From an uncultured Actinomycetota bacterium (GTDB taxonomy: Bacteria; Actinomycetota; Actinomycetes; Actinomycetales; Dermatophilaceae): 64,000 bases of DNA. A program made the translations under genes and the position numbers. Below, one piece after another: positions 61,532-64,000 of the stretch. How positions within the stretch are numbered: the first letter of the stretch is position 1; every line of letters begins with the position of its first letter. The stretch spans positions 1,780-65,779 of the forward strand of contig CAVYKM010000036.1 of assembly GCA_963769085.1 (NCBI GenBank), read 5' to 3'. The notes beneath the pieces are model-generated. The model did not search any database. It was given only the letters and a program-made list of their open reading frames with translations, and was not told the origin of the DNA.

Positions 61532-61790
61532 ATCCCGCTCACTGACTCGGAAGACCCCCTCAAGCCCAGCGGTGGCACTGTCGACGTCGAGCCCGGCCCG
61601 CACTACCTCTGCCCCGGCTACCTCGAGTTCTTCCGCCACGTCGACCGCCCCACGCGCCACAGGACGTCGCACCTTCGCCCGGGGGCCACGCCCTGGAGAT
61701 CATGACCTGGTACGCCCGACTCGATGCGCGAGACCGCCCCGGGCGGCAGAGCCGTAGGGGGCGTCGCATCGTCAAACGGCGGCCGCGATC
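61532..61790 (+). pseudogene. C-terminal stub of an anaerobic sulfatase-maturating (radical SAM/SPASM) enzyme
   Basis: Open frame ...VDVEPGPHYLCPGYLEFFRHVDRP resembles the conserved anSME C-terminal block (G.NYLC.GYK.FF.H). A further ...GHALEIMTWYARLDA segment lies in another frame. No upstream radical-SAM core is present. Confidence 0.4.
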
Positions 61791-62331
61791 GCGGCCAGGT
61801 AGTCACCGGTGCCGCCCCTGTCGTGCACCATTCGGGCGTGCTCGACCACCGCGGCCCGCTTGTCCGGCCGCGGTCCGCACCTGGGCGCGCGGGCGGGGTC
61901 TGGCGAAAGCTGGGCGTCGGGCACGTCGTCGACCGGCTCCGCCCTGATCGGAAGCGCGGTCCACACGGAATGCATCCAACCCGTCGACTATGTGCCGGCT
62001 CGACTGCGCCTTGTCCGCGGCCTGTCGCGAGGCCCCCGGCATCGTCGATGGCGCGTGGTGGCCGCGATCCTCAGATCCCACGAAGGAGGCGCCGGCCCTT
62101 CTGGCGGCCGTGGACGCAACGCGCGAGGACCAGGCCCATCCACCTGACCTGTGACCCGAGGATTTGCCAGCCTCACCGGACGCGGCCGCGGCGACCGGAC
62201 CTTACGCTGCGCCAATGACCGCCTCGACACCGATAACGCCACGATTACGGCACCCCGCTGGGCGACCTTGCCGGCCCCGAGGGTGCGCCTTGACTGGGTA
62301 GGTACGCACCACCTCACGAAAGGCACCACCC

Positions 62332-63250
62332 ATGAACCGCCATTCGCGCGGCGCCTGCTTCGGGCGGCGACCCTCGCCCTTGCCATGGGAACCGCGTCCG
62401 CGGGGATTGCGAGCGCCGACTCACCATGCTGACAGCAGGCCCGACGGTCACGTCTACGAGACGACAAACGCGAGCAGTGGTAAGGCGATCCAAGTGTTCG
62501 ACCGAGCTGCCGACGGTCGGTTGACAGTCGGCGAGACGGTCCCCATCGAGGGCCAAGGCACCGGCTCGTCGCTGCACTCACAGGGCGGACTCGTCCGCGA
62601 CGGCTCGCTGCTCTTTGCCGTCAACGCCTGCTCGGTGCACGGTCTCCGCACCGAAGATGATCGACGCATGGCCTCGAGCTGCGCGACACGATCTTCAGCG
62701 AAGGATGTGATGCCGGTCAGCGTCACGACCTCGGACGGGCTCGGAAACGTCGTCAACCAGGGCAGCGACACCATCGCCGGATTCCGGGACACCGTGTCCG
62801 GCCGACAGCCTGCCGCACTCCACCCGCCCCCTCATTTCAACCCCGCGGGCGGCAGCACCGACGCGGCGCAGAATCTCCTTCACTCCGACGGGTCGACGCT
62901 GCTTGTCACCGAGAAGGCGAGCAAACACTCATCGACACGTTCGCCGGCAGCGGCGGCTACGCGCAGCACGCGGCCAGCATCCGTCAACAGGGACGACGCC
63001 GATACGGCTTCGACTTCGACAGGCGTGGCCACGGTGTGGTATCCGAAGCGACCACCGGATCAGCGTCCTCCTTCGACGTCGGCCGGCGCGAGCTCAGCGT
63101 CGTCTCAACGGCGGTGAGCGACACCCGGGCTGGCGCCTGCTTGCTGGTCACACCGCCCCGCGGCTATACGACGTCGTCAACGTGCGGATGGGCGGGGTCG
63201 TCTCGTCGTGGTCGGTCGGACGCGACGGCTCCGGGAGAAGACCCGGGCGG
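62332..63250 (+). pseudogene. beta-propeller lactonase-family protein, multiply frameshifted and 3'-truncated
   Basis: The signal peptide RRLLRAATLALAMGTASAGIASA lies in a different frame from the ATG. Blocks GHVYETTNASSGKAIQVFDRAADGRL, LLFAVNA, VVNQGSDTIAGF, DGSTLLVTEKA, VVSEATTGSASSF and VVNVRMGGVVSSWSVGRDGS are spread over all frames. Confidence 0.55.
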
Positions 63251-63796
63251 CTGCGCTCCCGAGAAGCTCCCAGCCCGCCGTCTTTCGATGTCATGACGGG
63301 CATAGAGCAGGTCAAAGCTGAAGGCGATGATCAGCAATGAGATCAACACGCTGATGGCGGCGAGCACGAGAGTCGGCGTCGTCGACGACTCCTCCACCAG
63401 CACTCGAAGCATCGACGCGAACGCACCTACCGCGATCACAACCTCCCATGCCTGACCTGCGCCAACGGCGAGTACCCACCGCCTGAGCGGTGCCCGGGCC
63501 AGCGGACTGGCTCGGACCGGGCGCACGAGCTCGTGGCGGTCACACCCGGAGAACGCAGGCATGCCAAGGACAAGGTAGGTGATGGCAAAGGCGTTCCAGG
63601 CAGTCAACTGCAGGCCTGGGCCGATCTCAATGCCGAACTCGCCGTCGGAGTCGGTCTGCACGGCAACAAGGCCGAGGATCAACAGCACCAGCACGAACGT
63701 CGCTGACCACGGTGCCCCGACGGCAACTGACATCCACAACCGAAAGACATCCGAGCACCCGCGCGGGACCTCGGGGTGGGTTGCCGCCTCGTTCAT
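63164..63796 (-). CDS. hypothetical polytopic membrane protein (possibly DUF1345-like); 3' end uncertain
   Basis: Several TM segments. The C-terminal ~45 codons run antisense to the lactonase remnant and may be spurious. Confidence 0.4.
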   Translation of the reverse strand: MNEAATHPEVPRGCSDVFRLWMSVAVGAPWSATFVLVLLILGLVAVQTDSDGEFGIEIGPGLQLTAWNAFAITYLVLGMPAFSGCDRHELVRPVRASPLARAPLRRWVLAVGAGQAWEVVIAVGAFASMLRVLVEESSTTPTLVLAAISVLISLLIIAFSFDLLYARHDIERRRAGSFSGAQPPGSSPGAVASDRPRRDDPAHPHVDDVV

Positions 63797-64000
63797 GGTG
63801 CCGGGACCACCTCAGGACCAGTCGGTCAAGGTTCGCTGGCGCGGCGTCACATCCAAAGGCTATGACGAGGCGGTAGACAATGAGTCCTGGCCACCGCCGG
63901 AGCCGGGACAGACTGCTTCGACTCCGGCCACGGAGCGCCGTCGAGGAGCCAACAATGTCGATCGCTGGACACGAACCCCGAGCAAACCGGCCAGTACCGT

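Noticed and set aside
61772-62081. Minus-strand ORFs ending ...EHARMVHDRGGTGDYLAAIAAAV.
   Set aside because: This may be a C-terminal remnant of some enzyme, but I recognised no family. The frames are broken and it overlaps the region of the maturase stub.

Overview
High-GC actinobacterial chromosome segment; the gene order murI, Rv1339-like MBL hydrolase, rph, rdgB matches the mycobacterial and Micrococcales pattern. Positions ~850-43,100 are a conserved core: GroES-like protein, bcp, a cbiM-PDGLE-cbiQ-cbiO ECF Ni/Co transporter, tRNA-Leu(UAG), rdgB-rph-MBL-murI, clpS, pncB/pncA, a homogentisate cluster (hmgA / unknown / fahA / IclR), a tryptophanase-like lyase, rhodanese-metZ, corA, thioredoxin, tmRNA, mptB, smpB-M23-ftsX-ftsE-prfB and glcB. 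The left edge carries a phage-type integrase next to a tRNA 3'-end fragment, which looks like an att remnant. Positions ~43.1-64 kb are accessory and decaying. They hold an IS1182-family element with a tandemly duplicated 5' end, a multiply frameshifted IS256-family element, and an IS5 remnant. They also hold a broken sulfotransferase, a glycosyltransferase stub, a LAL/LuxR regulator, and a sulfatase/anion module. That module has a frameshifted Cys-type arylsulfatase, a C-terminal stub of an anaerobic sulfatase maturase, two SulP transporters, and DUF6325/DUF7144/DUF1269/SHOCT small proteins. The strongest signal outside ordinary annotation is a non-palindromic octamer, CGGCATAC/GTATGCCG. By eye I count 53 exact copies in the 43-kb core and none in the 21-kb accessory part. 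It occurs on both strands, in all reading frames and in non-coding DNA, and it recruits rare codons (TAT, GCA, ATA). Other points: many conserved genes have broken reading frames (true decay or assembly indels), there is a ~55-bp hairpin repeat family, and there are candidate operators for the Ni/Co transporter and the homogentisate genes. All calls rest on reading the translations and the DNA by eye; no database search was possible.
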